Shown in pieces: positions 49,091 to 60,436 of a stretch of DNA of 60,436 bases. The number at the start of each line of letters is the position of its first letter. Position 1 is the first letter of the stretch. The DNA lies in the NCBI GenBank assembly GCA_032718475.1, contig JAUCBJ010006973.1:1-60436 (forward strand), written 5' to 3'. A program made the position numbers and the translations under genes. Under the pieces are notes generated by a model. That model saw only the letters and a program-made list of their open reading frames with translations, was not told the DNA's origin and searched no databases. This DNA is from Nemertoderma westbladi (taxonomy: Eukaryota; Animalia; Xenacoelomorpha).

Positions 49091-49499
49091 TGAACTGAGC
49101 TACTAATAAACTGTTTTGATCTGAGCCTGGTCATAAATACGAATATTTTAGTTTTTTCTTTGTGTTACTGTTTTGAGATATCCTTGTCGATATATCTACA
49201 CCAGGTTCCTTTATCTTTGATACAAATACTGTATTATTCAGAGTATCAGTGGTCCCAACCCTGTCATTTTTTCGGTACTTTTTTTTAGATAAGCCCCTAT
49301 AAAAGGCTGCCCATAACTTCCTATTTCCTAATTTCCTTTTGATTGTGCATTTTGTTTCTCGGTAGTATCCCATAATGAACCTTTATTTAACTGTATATTA
49401 TGCGAGAATCTTTACCACTTTCAATGTGGAACCTGCCTAGATCTGTCCGATTTCACTGAATCTGTAACTGATGTACTGTATGTCATGATTACTGTATTT

Positions 49500-52330
49500 A
49501 TTGTTACCACGAAATTTTCCCTTTCACACATATTCTTTCCTCCGATACTGATATATTCCCTCCCGAAGACGACACTGAACAAATTGACTTCACGGACTCA
49601 AACAACCACCTGCGATCCAGCGACCCTGATACTAACCTCATTTCTACTATAGATAGCTCTGAATACTTCACCCACGAATCTTTCAACTTACTTTCCAACC
49701 ACTCCACTCCAACATAAAAAATATCTTACGGTATTTCACCTTAATTGTAGAAGTCTAAGTAAAAATTTACAGGATGATACGACAAACTACAGTACCTCCA
49801 CCTACTAAACAAACAGTTTGATATATTAACTTTTACCGAAACTTTTTTGACTGACAGAACAGATCTATCATTAATTAAAATTGAAGGATATGAAGGCCCC
49901 CTAATAAATAATAATATTAATAATAATAATATTGGTTATTTATATAGCGCTTTTCTACGCTCAGCATACTCAAAGCGCTTTTATTATCATTACCCCAGCA
50001 AAGCTAGGTTCCCATTATACCGCTGGGTTGGCGTAGGCACTAATGTCTAAAGTGTCTTGCCTAGGGACACAACAATGCGAAATTTCTACAGCCTTTAGTC
50101 CGATTCGAACCTGCGCCACCAAACACTATTGTGAAAGCAGTTCAGGCGCCGTATCCACTCGGACACTGCGACATTCATAATAGACAATACGGTAAACGAG
50201 ATCGAGGTGGGACTGCAATATACATCAAAGAAGGTCTACAATATGAATATGACACTACGAAAATACAATTTACTGTATATGGGTGTGAGTCTTCTTGGAT
50301 ACTATTGACCCCAGGCAGAGCTACCGCCAACAAATGCCCTGAAGAACACTTTTTGAATGAACTAACGACTCTACTAAATAATATCACTGACGCGAAATAC
50401 GATACCATAATTATGGGAGATTTTAACATTAATACTCTAAATATATCAAGCTCATCAAATAAATATATCAATACATTCCTATTGTTTCAACCAACTTATC
50501 AAACAACCGACTAGAATAACTCCATATACAAAATCCACAATTGATCACATTTCAACTAATATTACCGATAAATGTATTACAACTCGGGTCTTTCTTACTG
50601 ATCTAGGAACTACTGACCATTTAGCAACGGGCAACGTTTATAATAATTAATGATTTTGATTGCTACTTGAAGCCCACTGAAACAACTACAATTTTCGACT
50701 ATAGTAAATTTAATCAATGATATTCCTAAATCTGAAACCTGGACATACAGAGATGAAAATATACAAAATGACGATAAATTTGATATTTTTTATAAAAATC
50801 TGGGAAACGTATGTAAAACTACCGAAAAAAGAAATAGCGCCACATTTAATTCCAAAAAAACCTTGGATGACTCAAAATTTGATAAAATGTGTAATAAATA
50901 AAAATAATCTATATACATCTTTAACGTCACACCCAACAGATGAAAAACTAGACAATTATAAAAAGTACCGTAACAACCTCACCAAAGTCCTACGTACAGC
51001 TGAAAAAACATATTATAAGAAAGAATTTGAGAAAAATAAAAACAATTCTAAGAAAACTTGGAAAACAATTAATACTGTATAACATCGCTCAAAAAAATTA
51101 TCGTCTCCTGTTAAAATTAAAATAAATAACATACACAAAGACACCACTTCAGATACTTACTTACCAAATAGCGAACATCTTTAACAATCACTTCAATCGG
51201 CCCTCAACTAGCAGATCTAATACCAAAATCTTATAGACATCCCAACAGGCACATTAAAAACACTCGCTATAATTCACTAACATTGGTTGAACCGTGTGAG
51301 AATTAAATGATTTATTATTTATTAGATATTGATAATAACTGTGCAACCTATGATGATTTTCCAGTATTACTAATTAAAATAGCAGCTCATATTCTAGCCC
51401 CGCACTTAACATATTTAATTAATTTATCATTCTCAAAGGGATTCTATCCTAACACACTGAAAATAGCAAAACTTATTCCAGTCTTTAAAACGGGGGAGCC
51501 CACAGATAAAAATAATTATCGTCCTATATCAATATTACCCATTTTCACAAAAATATATGAACGCGTAATAAACACTCAATTAATAGGATACCTAAACAAA
51601 TTCGAATTACTCACTTCATCCCAACATGGTTTCAGGAAAAACATTACCACAAGTGACGCAATCTTAACAGTTACTGAACAAATACGGCATACATTGGATG
51701 GCGGTGGCTCAGCCTGTCTCATATCGATAGACCTAAAGAAGGCTTTCGACACACTCAACCACGACATTCTCCTTAAGAAACTGGACTGTTACGGCATACG
51801 CGGACTCCCCTTACAGCTCCTTGGTAGAATTCTTACACAACAGGTCGCACATAGTTCACATCAATGGTATTACTTCTGAACGTACTGGGTCACCCTGTGG
51901 AACTCCACAGGCCAATACTGAGCACAATATTGTTTCTACTTTACATTAATGATCTTCCAAACTGTACTGATCTCCTTTCCACACTTTTCGCCGATGACAC
52001 AACACTACTACATTGCGCTCAAAACATTAATAACCTTATTGGAACTGTCAATCACGAACTAGTGAAACTTGATAACTGGCTCATAGACAATAAACTCTCC
52101 CTGAATTAAAAAGAACAGAGTACATTATTTTTAATAATTGCAGACAAACAACGCTCCCCCCGGTTACACTCCGCTCTATCCCAATTACACAAAAAACAGC
52201 ATCAAAATTCTTAGGTTTATAAAATTGACTGGAAAACACACTGCAATTACATACACTCAAAAATCTCGAAACTTACTGGAATTTTTTTCAAATTAAGATA
52301 CATTCTACCTCTGCACATTTTAAGGAGCTC
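49500..52330 (+). mobile_element. CR1/L2-group LINE, decayed ORF2 (APE endonuclease and RT)
   Basis: DPD, FHLNCRSL, TETF, RGGTAIYI, MGDFNIN, PTRIT..STIDH, KPWMT, NYRPISILP, QHGFR, DLKKAFDT, LFLLYINDLP, FADDT. Confidence 0.92.
49903..50172 (-). mobile_element. tRNA-derived SINE inserted in the CR1/L2 endonuclease domain
   Basis: Box A TGTCCGAGTGG, box B GGTTCGAATC, core GTGTCCCTAGGCAAGACACTT, L2-like tail AAGCGCTTTGAG...AAAGCGCTATATAAAT plus (ATT)n. Confidence 0.88.
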
Positions 52331-53002
52331 TACTAGCACTGCTACTGCTCCCCCAGTGTACCTAACACCCTTATAATTATTATTGTGCTCTAAAGTTCTA
52401 AATGTATGTACATATATATTAAATATTATACTTTTAATTACTATGAGTGCAATCATATATTTATATAGACGGAAGAGAAATAAATAAATTGAAATTGAGG
52501 GTGGTTGTGTGGGGCGAGACACGTAGTCGGCGAGCCTTGGCATACGGTTCATATAGGGCTAATGGGGTATGTCTTTCTGTCTGTCCGTCTGTCTGTCTGT
52601 CTGGTAAATGTTTGAACGCGAATTTCTCGGTATCGCTGGTTCGGAATTGAACCAAACTTAGTAGGTAAGTAGTAGAGAGAAAGTTTAGAAAGTTTGTAAA
52701 GTTTGGTGAAAAATCATGCAGTCTGACGTCAGCTACGACAGATTATGTGTTTTTTACAAAATGTTAAATTTCTCAGGAATGCCTCATTTTACAGAGCTGA
52801 AATTTTGGTTACTCGTAGATAATTATGAAGTCTATCTTTTACGAAATTGAAAAGTTAAGACAGTTAATTGGGGATCCGCTAGAGACTCGGGAATAATTTC
52901 GTAGGCCGGTACAGTTAATTGCTGATGTAATGTTCATCAGTAGTGACTACGAAATTGCAGTATAAAACTTTAATACCTACATTGGCCAGCTTGTTACCTC
53001 GA

Positions 53003-53083
53003 GCGGTGTTGGCTGAGCGGATAAGGTGTTGGACTAGCCATCCAATGGGATCTTCTCGCGCTGGTTCGAATCATATCTCTGGC
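53003..53083 (+). pseudogene. tRNA-Ser-derived pseudogene or SINE head
   Basis: TGGCTGAGCGGATAAGG, anticodon arm TTGGA-CTAGCCA-TCCAA, long variable arm, GGTTCGAATC; acceptor stem broken. Confidence 0.75.
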
Positions 53084-53088
53084 AAAAC

Positions 53089-53390
53089 GGCACATACTAA
53101 CCCGGTGCACCTCCCACGGTTTCCACCACAAACTCTGCAGTAACTCTCAACCGTTTCACGAACTTGCTGCTAGTTGTGAGTGTAGATTCTGTGGCGACTC
53201 CTGCGAAAACCGCTCTCAAACGCTCTCGTGTGCCCACAGAGCCCCACACTACCGGTCCTTGCGACTCTGTAACTCCCCCCCCCCCCCCCCCGCCTATCCA
53301 CGGCACACGTAAATAGTTTTTATATATATTTTAATTAATTTTAAAATGATTTACCGTTTGCCCCGATTGGGGGCGTATCTATAATTATAT
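53089..53390 (+). mobile_element. 302-bp insert flanked by a 16-bp direct repeat (probable retroposed fragment)
   Basis: ATATCTCTGGCAAAAC at 53073-53088 and 53391-53406; GCCCC/GGGGC stem-loop and AT-rich tail at the 3' end. Confidence 0.6.
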
Positions 53391-54304
53391 ATATCTCTGG
53401 CAAAACTTATTTTGCACGTTTTTTATATTAAATTATTTAAAGCCAACAATAATTACTAGAATTAAACCAACTTTTATTACATTATGTATGCAGTCTATTA
53501 GAAATTTTGAAATAATCTGAGTTTTTATCAAAATAAGACTGTCGGACACTCGGTACCGGTAGTTTCAGACTTTTGTTAAAAACTGAAATAAGTCGTTCAA
53601 TCAAATGATGAATTAAACCAAACTTGTACGTATGCAGTCCATTAAAAGTTTGGATAGTATCTGAAGTTTGGTCAAAAATAGGTCAGTCGGTACCGGTGGT
53701 TTCGGTTGGTTTTTATAAAAACCGAAATAAGTCGGGCAATTGCAGTTAAGACTTTTTATAAAAACGGAAATAAGTCGGGCAATTGCAGATTAAATTAAAC
53801 CAAAATTTGTACGTATGCACTCTCGTGCTGCGCGAAGTCCCCACGAACGTGTTTAATACGTGCGTGGTTTTCGGTTTGTAGGAATGTGCCATGTATATTG
53901 CCATTTTACACGTCTCGGGGTTAATACATTATAATCTTCCATACTGTAATTAATAAATTCGATGTAAATGTATGTAGGAGTCAGTGTACCTATAACTGTC
54001 AGTGTACATTTTAATGTATATTAATATGTACCTCTGGTATGGAATAAATCTTATAATAATTTTAAAATAGGAAGCTGTTGAACCAAAATTATTTGCAGTA
54101 TATTTTTCTGGAATGCTTACAATTGTTTTAACTGTGCTCTAAAAATTAATGCTTTTACTGTTGTTTGTTATGGATAAGTACAGTATATTTAATTAATTTT
54201 TTACTATCTATTGATATCAAAATTTTGAAATCAATTATTCTGTATACTAATTATTTATGATTATAATAATCTATGAATTACATAACATCGGTATTTTTAT
54301 CTGG

Positions 54305-54400
54305 ATCCGGACAATTGCGACCCATGATTTTAGATAAACTTGTTTGGTCGCAATTGTCGGGTTGCAATTGTCGGGACCAATTTACCGGGTCGCAACTCCA
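54305..54400. repeat. Small MITE-like remnant with ~15-bp subrepeats
   Basis: gacaattgcgacc versus ggtcgcaattgtc, then repeats of gggt(c/t)gcaattgtc. Confidence 0.5.
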
Positions 54401-54492
54401 AACAGCAAGTACAGCAATATGACATCCAATCATTCCACTTAACCAGCAAGTATTGCAAGATGACATCAGTCATTCCACTTACCAAGAATACT

Positions 54493-55674
54493 TGTAAAAG
54501 CTTTTGCGGATATACTCAGTTCCCCTCGCCCGCAAGGTACCGTTATAGGTGTTTTAACGGACATAAAAGTCATTCTTCTATATGTGTGCTTTGGCGGACA
54601 TGGTAAGGCAAAAACCCGCAAATGCGTCAAATACCCTGGCACAGCCTAGCCTTGATGATTCAGATTACGACATCTAACAGCTGGTTGCTGACATGGAAAC
54701 GGCCATTGGACACATGGTTCTTTGTTTAGCTTAACAGCCAATCAGAGCGATTTTTTCTGTCGATGTGGAGATATTTGGCCGATCGTGCTAGGAGTGTTCA
54801 GTCTTACTGTTTTTTCTTGATACTGTTGTGTTGTTTCTATCTAGGCCAGGAACACCGGCTCTAGAGTCAATTCGTTTTCATACTTTAGAAGAAACATTAG
54901 TAGGCTTAAATTATAGAGCGTATAACTGTTATCGGTGCAACTCCGTTCAGTCTTGCATTATCGGTTCAACATACATTGTTGTGCTGCTGTTTGCTGTTGT
55001 CATATTTTGTATCAATTGGTTGAATATTATTTGGAGAACATCTATAAAGAACCCAAATTTCCCAATTTTCTTGATACACTACAGGTTAGAGAGACGGGTT
55101 ATATATAGCGATTGCGACTTATATTATTGTGGTTTGTAGTGAATTTAATGCTATTTGATAAGCACTACATGAGTCCGTTGCTGTTCTCTTTATATATGAT
55201 AAAATTCATTGACGGTCGGCAAATTAGTGAGCAGTATTGTGTGTTACCGGTATTGTGCCTGATTGGGACTGATAACTAAGCATTTACTAAAGAATGCGCC
55301 TCATACGTGAATCATAAGCCTTACCGACTTGCCGTTGTGATTAGTATAAGTCATATCTCTGTTTACCTAGATAGAGCGCCATGTCCTAAAGGAACTGTTA
55401 ATATTTCCCGAAAGTGAATAATATTAGTCAGAAATTATTTATTAACGATCAATCGAATAATACAGTAAGCTTACACTGCAATAATAATCTAAGCCCTCAG
55501 AATCCAGTCTCCCGGGTATATCCAGCGGGTGAATGGACGCGCACTAGGCTGGCTTCTGCTAATGTTGTGTTTATTGGTATTAAATATTTGTCAACTTCTA
55601 AAGTCTATTTATAAACCAAAAGACATATAAATTTTGGCAGGTTAAACTGCTAAAGGTCTTCAAAAGCGCGTACA
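54493..55674 (+). mobile_element. Solo LTR of the BEL-A/B family (1182 bp)
   Basis: TGTAAAAGCTTTTG...AAAAGCGCGTACA; exact 5-bp TSD ATACT (54488-54492, 55675-55679). Confidence 0.92.
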
Positions 55675-56689
55675 ATACTTCAGATCCTTCCTCTCAATCA
55701 CCAAATATCACAAGAAAACATCCTGTCACCCAATCATCAAGCAAGGCTTGTGAGTAATTGTTCAGAACCTAGGGAAATGGAGCTATTTTTAAAAAAGTTT
55801 TTATTATTAATTAACTATAAAAAAAAAAATACTAAAAATTCTAAAAATACTGAAAAAAAAAAATTATTAACGTAACCAACTAAAATGTATAAATGGGTTA
55901 ACCCTCTTTACCGCACCAGTAAGTGGGTGTTCCTGACTCCGTCAATGGAATGTGGGAACGTGGGAGCGCGTTCGATTATCTTACATAATAAAAGGCCATT
56001 ATTTATTATATTGCAGCAATAAAAAGTGTAAGTCTCTGAACTTCAGAGAGGACAACACCATTCTCAAGAAAGATGGAGAAAAAACATATTCTTGTCAGTT
56101 AAACGATGAGTATGCGGAGGATGTGGATGCAGACGATCTGATAGTCAGCGATGTTTACGATTACCTGGCTGTTAGTGATGACGCCGCAAATGCGATTAAT
56201 GGAGCCAATTCTGATGCGAAACCTCCAGTAAGTTGTATTATCGGATTTGATCGGTATTCAGTAAACAATTCAGTCATTTTTTAAATAGTTCAAACCAAAC
56301 CTAAATATCATCCTGTGTTGAGTTATTTCAATTGCAAATAAGGAAACCGAATCCCTGTATAGGGACATCACCTTTATATATATTTAGGGTTGATGGCCTT
56401 ACATACTGTCATATTTTGTAGTCTGGGTTCAGTTTTCATAACCAACTAAAAACATTGACGACTTTCAGTACCTTTGGTCATTGATAGAGAAAGAAGCAGA
56501 AAATACATTGCAGTTAGGAAAGACAACGTTTGGAATTCAGACCTTTCCCAGCACCTCAAGACGAAGATTTTTTGAGCCACAACAGGGGACTAAAAATATC
56601 TGATTCACAAAATATCTGATTTTTTTATTTACAAGAAATTTCCCATGTGTTTACTACTAGGAACGTCATGCTGCATTGCAGCTGCATTT

Positions 56690-57137
56690 TTAAGCATCTG
56701 TGACGGCGTATCGACAAAATTGCACCACCACAACTCCCTATCACCCATGACATTTGCTAGATCATCCGCATCTTCAAGGCCAGTGTCCTTTAAGATGCGT
56801 CTCAAGAAAGTCATGGGCTGTCCACCATGCTTATTCACTCCATGAGGCTGCCAAAGTACAAGATTATGCACTGGCTGGTCCTCAAGGCGAAAGAAAAGTC
56901 CTGCAAAGCGGAGGCGATTTTGTTCTAGTGTCAAGTTTGGGGGAACCAATGAGACTCCTCCAATGTTATATAGTGTCTGGTTGGAGATGTGTGCATTGTA
57001 CTTGACACAATGAACCCGGCGTAGCATTCTTGTGAATGTGCCATCCAGAGATTTGGTGTCCTCAGCAGTTAGAGCCCAGCATGGACTCCCATAGAGGAGT
57101 ACTGGAACTTCTGCTGCTCTAAATGATCGGACCTTAA
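56690..57137 (-). pseudogene. 3' half of an RTE-like LINE ORF
   Basis: KVRSFRAAEVPVLLYGSPCWALT...LDGTFTRMLRR...RLRFAG...VLWQP. Confidence 0.88.
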
Positions 57138-57780
57138 GGGGGGGGGGGGGGGGGGGGGGTACACCATTTTCGGGCAACTATTCGATTTATCACTCTCAGC
57201 GTTTCAAAATTGTTTGATTTTGGCTAAAATTTGGCATATAGGTGCCTAAGATGCTATTCTACATGACAGGTCAGAAAATTTTTTTTTCGCTATTTAATAT
57301 TAGTTAATACTAGTTAACAACAAAAAAAAACTTGGTTGCGCTTAAAACCCTAAGGCTTTTACAGTTTTGAACCTAATCACATGAAAGTTTTTTTATATGA
57401 TAGATCAAAGATGGGGCAACATAACTATCAGGCGAAATTTTGTTAAAATAATTCTGCTCCGCTAGGTGGCGCTGCAAATTTATGCAAATTTTTAGGTTTT
57501 TTATAAATAGTATTAAATTTTATTAACAAAAAATTTCGAAAAGTTGCCTGATACTTTTATGCAGGGTGGCTATCTAGACACCCACAGGAAGTTTCAGACT
57601 AATTACTCAAAAATTGTAGAAGTAGTAGGGTTTCGAAGTTGACAATTTCATGAAAAAAATATTTGGAGATAATCGACCTTTTAATTATACATAGTAATAG
57701 TAATTTCAATAGGATTCCGTAAATGGAAATTTACATAACTTGAAAACTAAACTGAACTTGGGAGAAACGAAATTGCGACA
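57138..57780. mobile_element. One end of a Kolobok-type element
   Basis: TTAA (57134-57137) followed by G(n)TACACCATTTT. Confidence 0.75.
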
Positions 57781-57782
57781 AC

Positions 57783-57880
57783 TATGGAGAATCGGGAAGC
57801 CTGGAAGGATCTCATTTCCACTGTCCGAGTTCGCTCGACTTAGTACAGTAGTAGTACTGTAGTACAGTAGTACTGTAGTA
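57783..57880 (+). mobile_element. Extreme 3' end of an RTE-like LINE with a (TAG)n-derived tail
   Basis: MENREAWKDLISTVRVRST* followed by tagta-rich repeats. Confidence 0.6.
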
Positions 57881-58189
57881 ATTTACAGACTACTACGACT
57901 ACTATAATCGGCCTGTTGCATTGAAGCTTTACATTGGGATGCTATGCTGACTCAACTAAAATAATTTTACATCATACCTTGACAACATTGAAAGTCATTG
58001 TGGATGGATGATTCCAAAGCTTGTTCAGTAAAATATCCCTACGCCATATTGTACTACTACTTCAAAAGGTACAAAAATACAAATAAAAAAATGTAAGTTT
58101 TATTTTTTACAAATAATAAATATAAAAAGGTACTATTTGTACTATTTAAACTAAATAACGTGTTATTCAAAATGACGTAGTAAACAGTC

Positions 58190-58831
58190 TCTCGCTCACG
58201 TATGTTCAGCATACTTTCATTATATGGGATTCATGATGATATTATTGCAGCAATCAGATCAGTATACGATGGTTCGACAACATTTGTGTCTACTGTTGAC
58301 GGTGACACAGAACCATTTGAAGTGTTATGGGGCGTCCTCCAGGGAGACACACTTGCACCATTCTTGTTCATAATTGTTGTTGACTATGTTCTACGCATAT
58401 CCTTAGATCATCATAATGATGATGGGTGTGATGATATCTCCACCTACTGGCTCCAGAAGTCAAGGAAATCCTGCCAAGTACCTAACTGATCTAGACTTTG
58501 CTGATGACTTAGGAGTACTCTCAGAATCACTAGAGGGAGCCCAACGGCTCCTCAGCTCATTAGAACATGCTGCTTCTAGTGTTGGTCTTTTTATTAACTC
58601 CAGAAAGACCAAAATTTTGACAGTAAACTTTGAAAGTCCTCAGAAAGTCTCTGATCGGATGAGCATAAGCTCAAAAGATAGTATGCTTGAGCATGTGGAT
58701 GACTTCTGTTACCTGGGATCATGGATCCGGAAGTCAGGTGAGGACCTTCGAATACGTAAGGGAAAGGCATGGGCAGCCTTGAATAGGCTTTCCAGGTTTT
58801 GGAAGTCACCGAGAATTAATCGAAAACTTAA
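58190..58831 (+). pseudogene. 5' half (RT) of the same RTE-like LINE
   Basis: GVLQGDTLAPFLFIIVVDYVLR, DLDFADD, GLFINSRKTK, DFCYLGSW, ends RKLK at TTAA. Confidence 0.9.
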
Positions 58832-58960
58832 GGGGGGGGGGGGGGGGGGTACACCATTTTGGTCCAAAATATGTAGAAATTTTTTTTATGGTATATTGTA
58901 ATGCACCATTGAATGGTGTTTCCAAATCTGAAAACCGCTATTTAATAGCTCTTTTGAGTG
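58832..58960. mobile_element. Other end of the Kolobok-type element
   Basis: TTAA (58828-58831) followed by G(n)TACACCATTTT with a different interior. Confidence 0.7.
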
Positions 58961-59214
58961 GAGAATTACCTTGTGCAGAGAATTAATTGATGCGATCTCC
59001 AATGTTGCTTCTGTAGATAATTTTTCAAATATTGAGCTGAAATCTATATTGGATTACGTTTCATCTGTCTAATTTTGTGGTTTTGGTGTTTTTGTTTGGT
59101 GTTCCTTCATTTACTGCCGTTTATGTTCAACCATTATTACAAATTGTGCTCTATCTACACCATGTATCAATGTAAGTACAATGCATACTTTGTTCCCAGG
59201 TAACTGGTGTACGT

Positions 59215-60020
59215 GAATAATAATAATAATAATAATAATAAAATTGAATAGCACAATTAATTAATATCATTGCAAATTACTTAAAACCTACTTAAAATAT
59301 CAGAAATGAATAGGCAACATCTTAACAATCTATCGTCTTAGAACAGATCTTGCACATTCGAAAAAGATGGTATTCTTGTATTTTGAGGCAGGTCTACAGT
59401 AAGAGGACAATGTAGCAGTACGTGCGATTCATCCTGTACGGAAAAGTTGTCACATTCGCAAGTGCGTGAAGCACGAGGCATGCGGCTCCATCGGCCTTTT
59501 TCAATTTTTAAATTATGGGACGATAGGCGTATTCTAGTATAGGCTATACGTATACCGTCCGGAATATAAATGTGTTTCTGAAAATTTATCTCTGAATATA
59601 GTTTGGGGTTGGTTAATTACAGTACGATACGTTTCATACTTCGTTGCCGTTACAGGCTTACCTGAAATATACACACACGGTTTATCAGGTAATGTATAAT
59701 TCTGTAAAAATCTAAAACCCCCGGTATTTCCTACCTTACATAACTCTAATACATAGTGCACCCGTAAATTCAAATCGGAACTATCTTGCATCTTTGCTAA
59801 AAATACTTTCCTACGCTTTAAATTAACTCTTTTATGTTTGGGAAACCACCCTCCACCAAACATAGCTCATTGGGCGTCTGCATCCTCACCGATAACAATA
59901 CATTTATCATCTTATATGTAGTATACAGTCTCAATACACTTTACATTATTTGTCAACCATATTTCGGAAGCATAATAATAAAGACGAGAGTACGCAGGCT
60001 TCAAATACTTGCCTTTTAAA
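59215..60020 (-). mobile_element. 3' end of an RTEX-like LINE
   Basis: QVFEACVLSSLL, TKYETYR, RIRLSSHNLKIEKGRWSRMPRASRTCEC...QDESHVLLHCP; (TTA)n tail. Confidence 0.75.
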
Positions 60021-60436
60021 TACAAGGGAAGGTTTGGGTTACTCGCACAAAATATGATAAATTTGTTTACTGTATCTAACACTTTTCTAAATGCAATTTA
60101 AGTACCGTTGAAAATTTACCATTTTCGCTGACAATATAGGTGTAATATAAACAATGATTTACTGTAACACCGCCTATACTGATGAGGAGCCTGTCCGCTG
60201 GATTGCCATTCGCAACCATAAATTTTGTTTTTTACCGTTAACCTGCATACCGTATTTACTGCAAAATTCTAGCAATATACCAAGCTTAGACATACATCTT
60301 TCTCGTGTAGTAGAGAAAATTACACGTTCGTGGGGGCCATCGCGCAGGACGAGGCTCAGTTATCAGATACAGATTAAAATTGAGCGACTGTATCACAAAA
60401 TCAGGTTTTGAGAAATTTACCCACGCCACCAATCAA

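Larger units (their letters stand above)
52508..53860 (+). mobile_element. Second copy of the HINE-like element of 23256-23905, with internal insertions
   Basis: First ~400 bp near-identical; shared end cgtgctgcgcgaagtccccacgaacgtgt. Confidence 0.75.

Noticed and set aside
53003-53083. Functional tRNA with an AGC anticodon on a Ser body
   Set aside because: The acceptor and T stems do not pair; treated as a pseudogene or SINE head.
55897-56284. TTAACCC followed by an acidic 110-aa ORF as a piggyBac transposase start
   Set aside because: No matching right TIR or catalytic motifs were found.

Overview
AT-rich eukaryotic, probably invertebrate animal, DNA made almost entirely of nested transposable elements; I found no host gene. 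From left to right: (1) A very young Gypsy-like LTR retrotransposon (142-7504, minus) with identical 187-bp LTRs, CG...CG termini, a 3-bp CAT target-site duplication and an IADD RT motif. Its single gag-pol ORF is broken only by a 1559-bp TA-flanked Tc1/mariner-type element. (2) It sits inside a deleted BEL/Pao element (BEL-A, ends at 15803). (3) A Penelope-like element (about 16295-22990) with a pseudo-LTR and minimal hammerhead motifs, split by a piggyBac-type MITE. (4) Helentron-associated and Kolobok-type non-autonomous elements. (5) A 20.9-kb BEL/Pao relative (BEL-B, 26292-47149) carrying a decayed ~4-kb extra ORF of unknown family between pol and the 3' LTR. It hosts a Gypsy fragment, a third BEL element (BEL-C, 37153-41871) and a Helentron-like cluster. 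(6) CR1/L2, RTE and RTEX LINE remnants, a tRNA-derived SINE, a solo BEL LTR and an inversion that splits one RTE/Kolobok pair. The best candidates for undescribed biology are the BEL-B accessory ORF, the TAATG-coupled uORF and repeated GAAA hairpins of BEL-C, and the Tc1/mariner-like excision footprints. All alignments were done by eye, so boundaries without a TSD are approximate.
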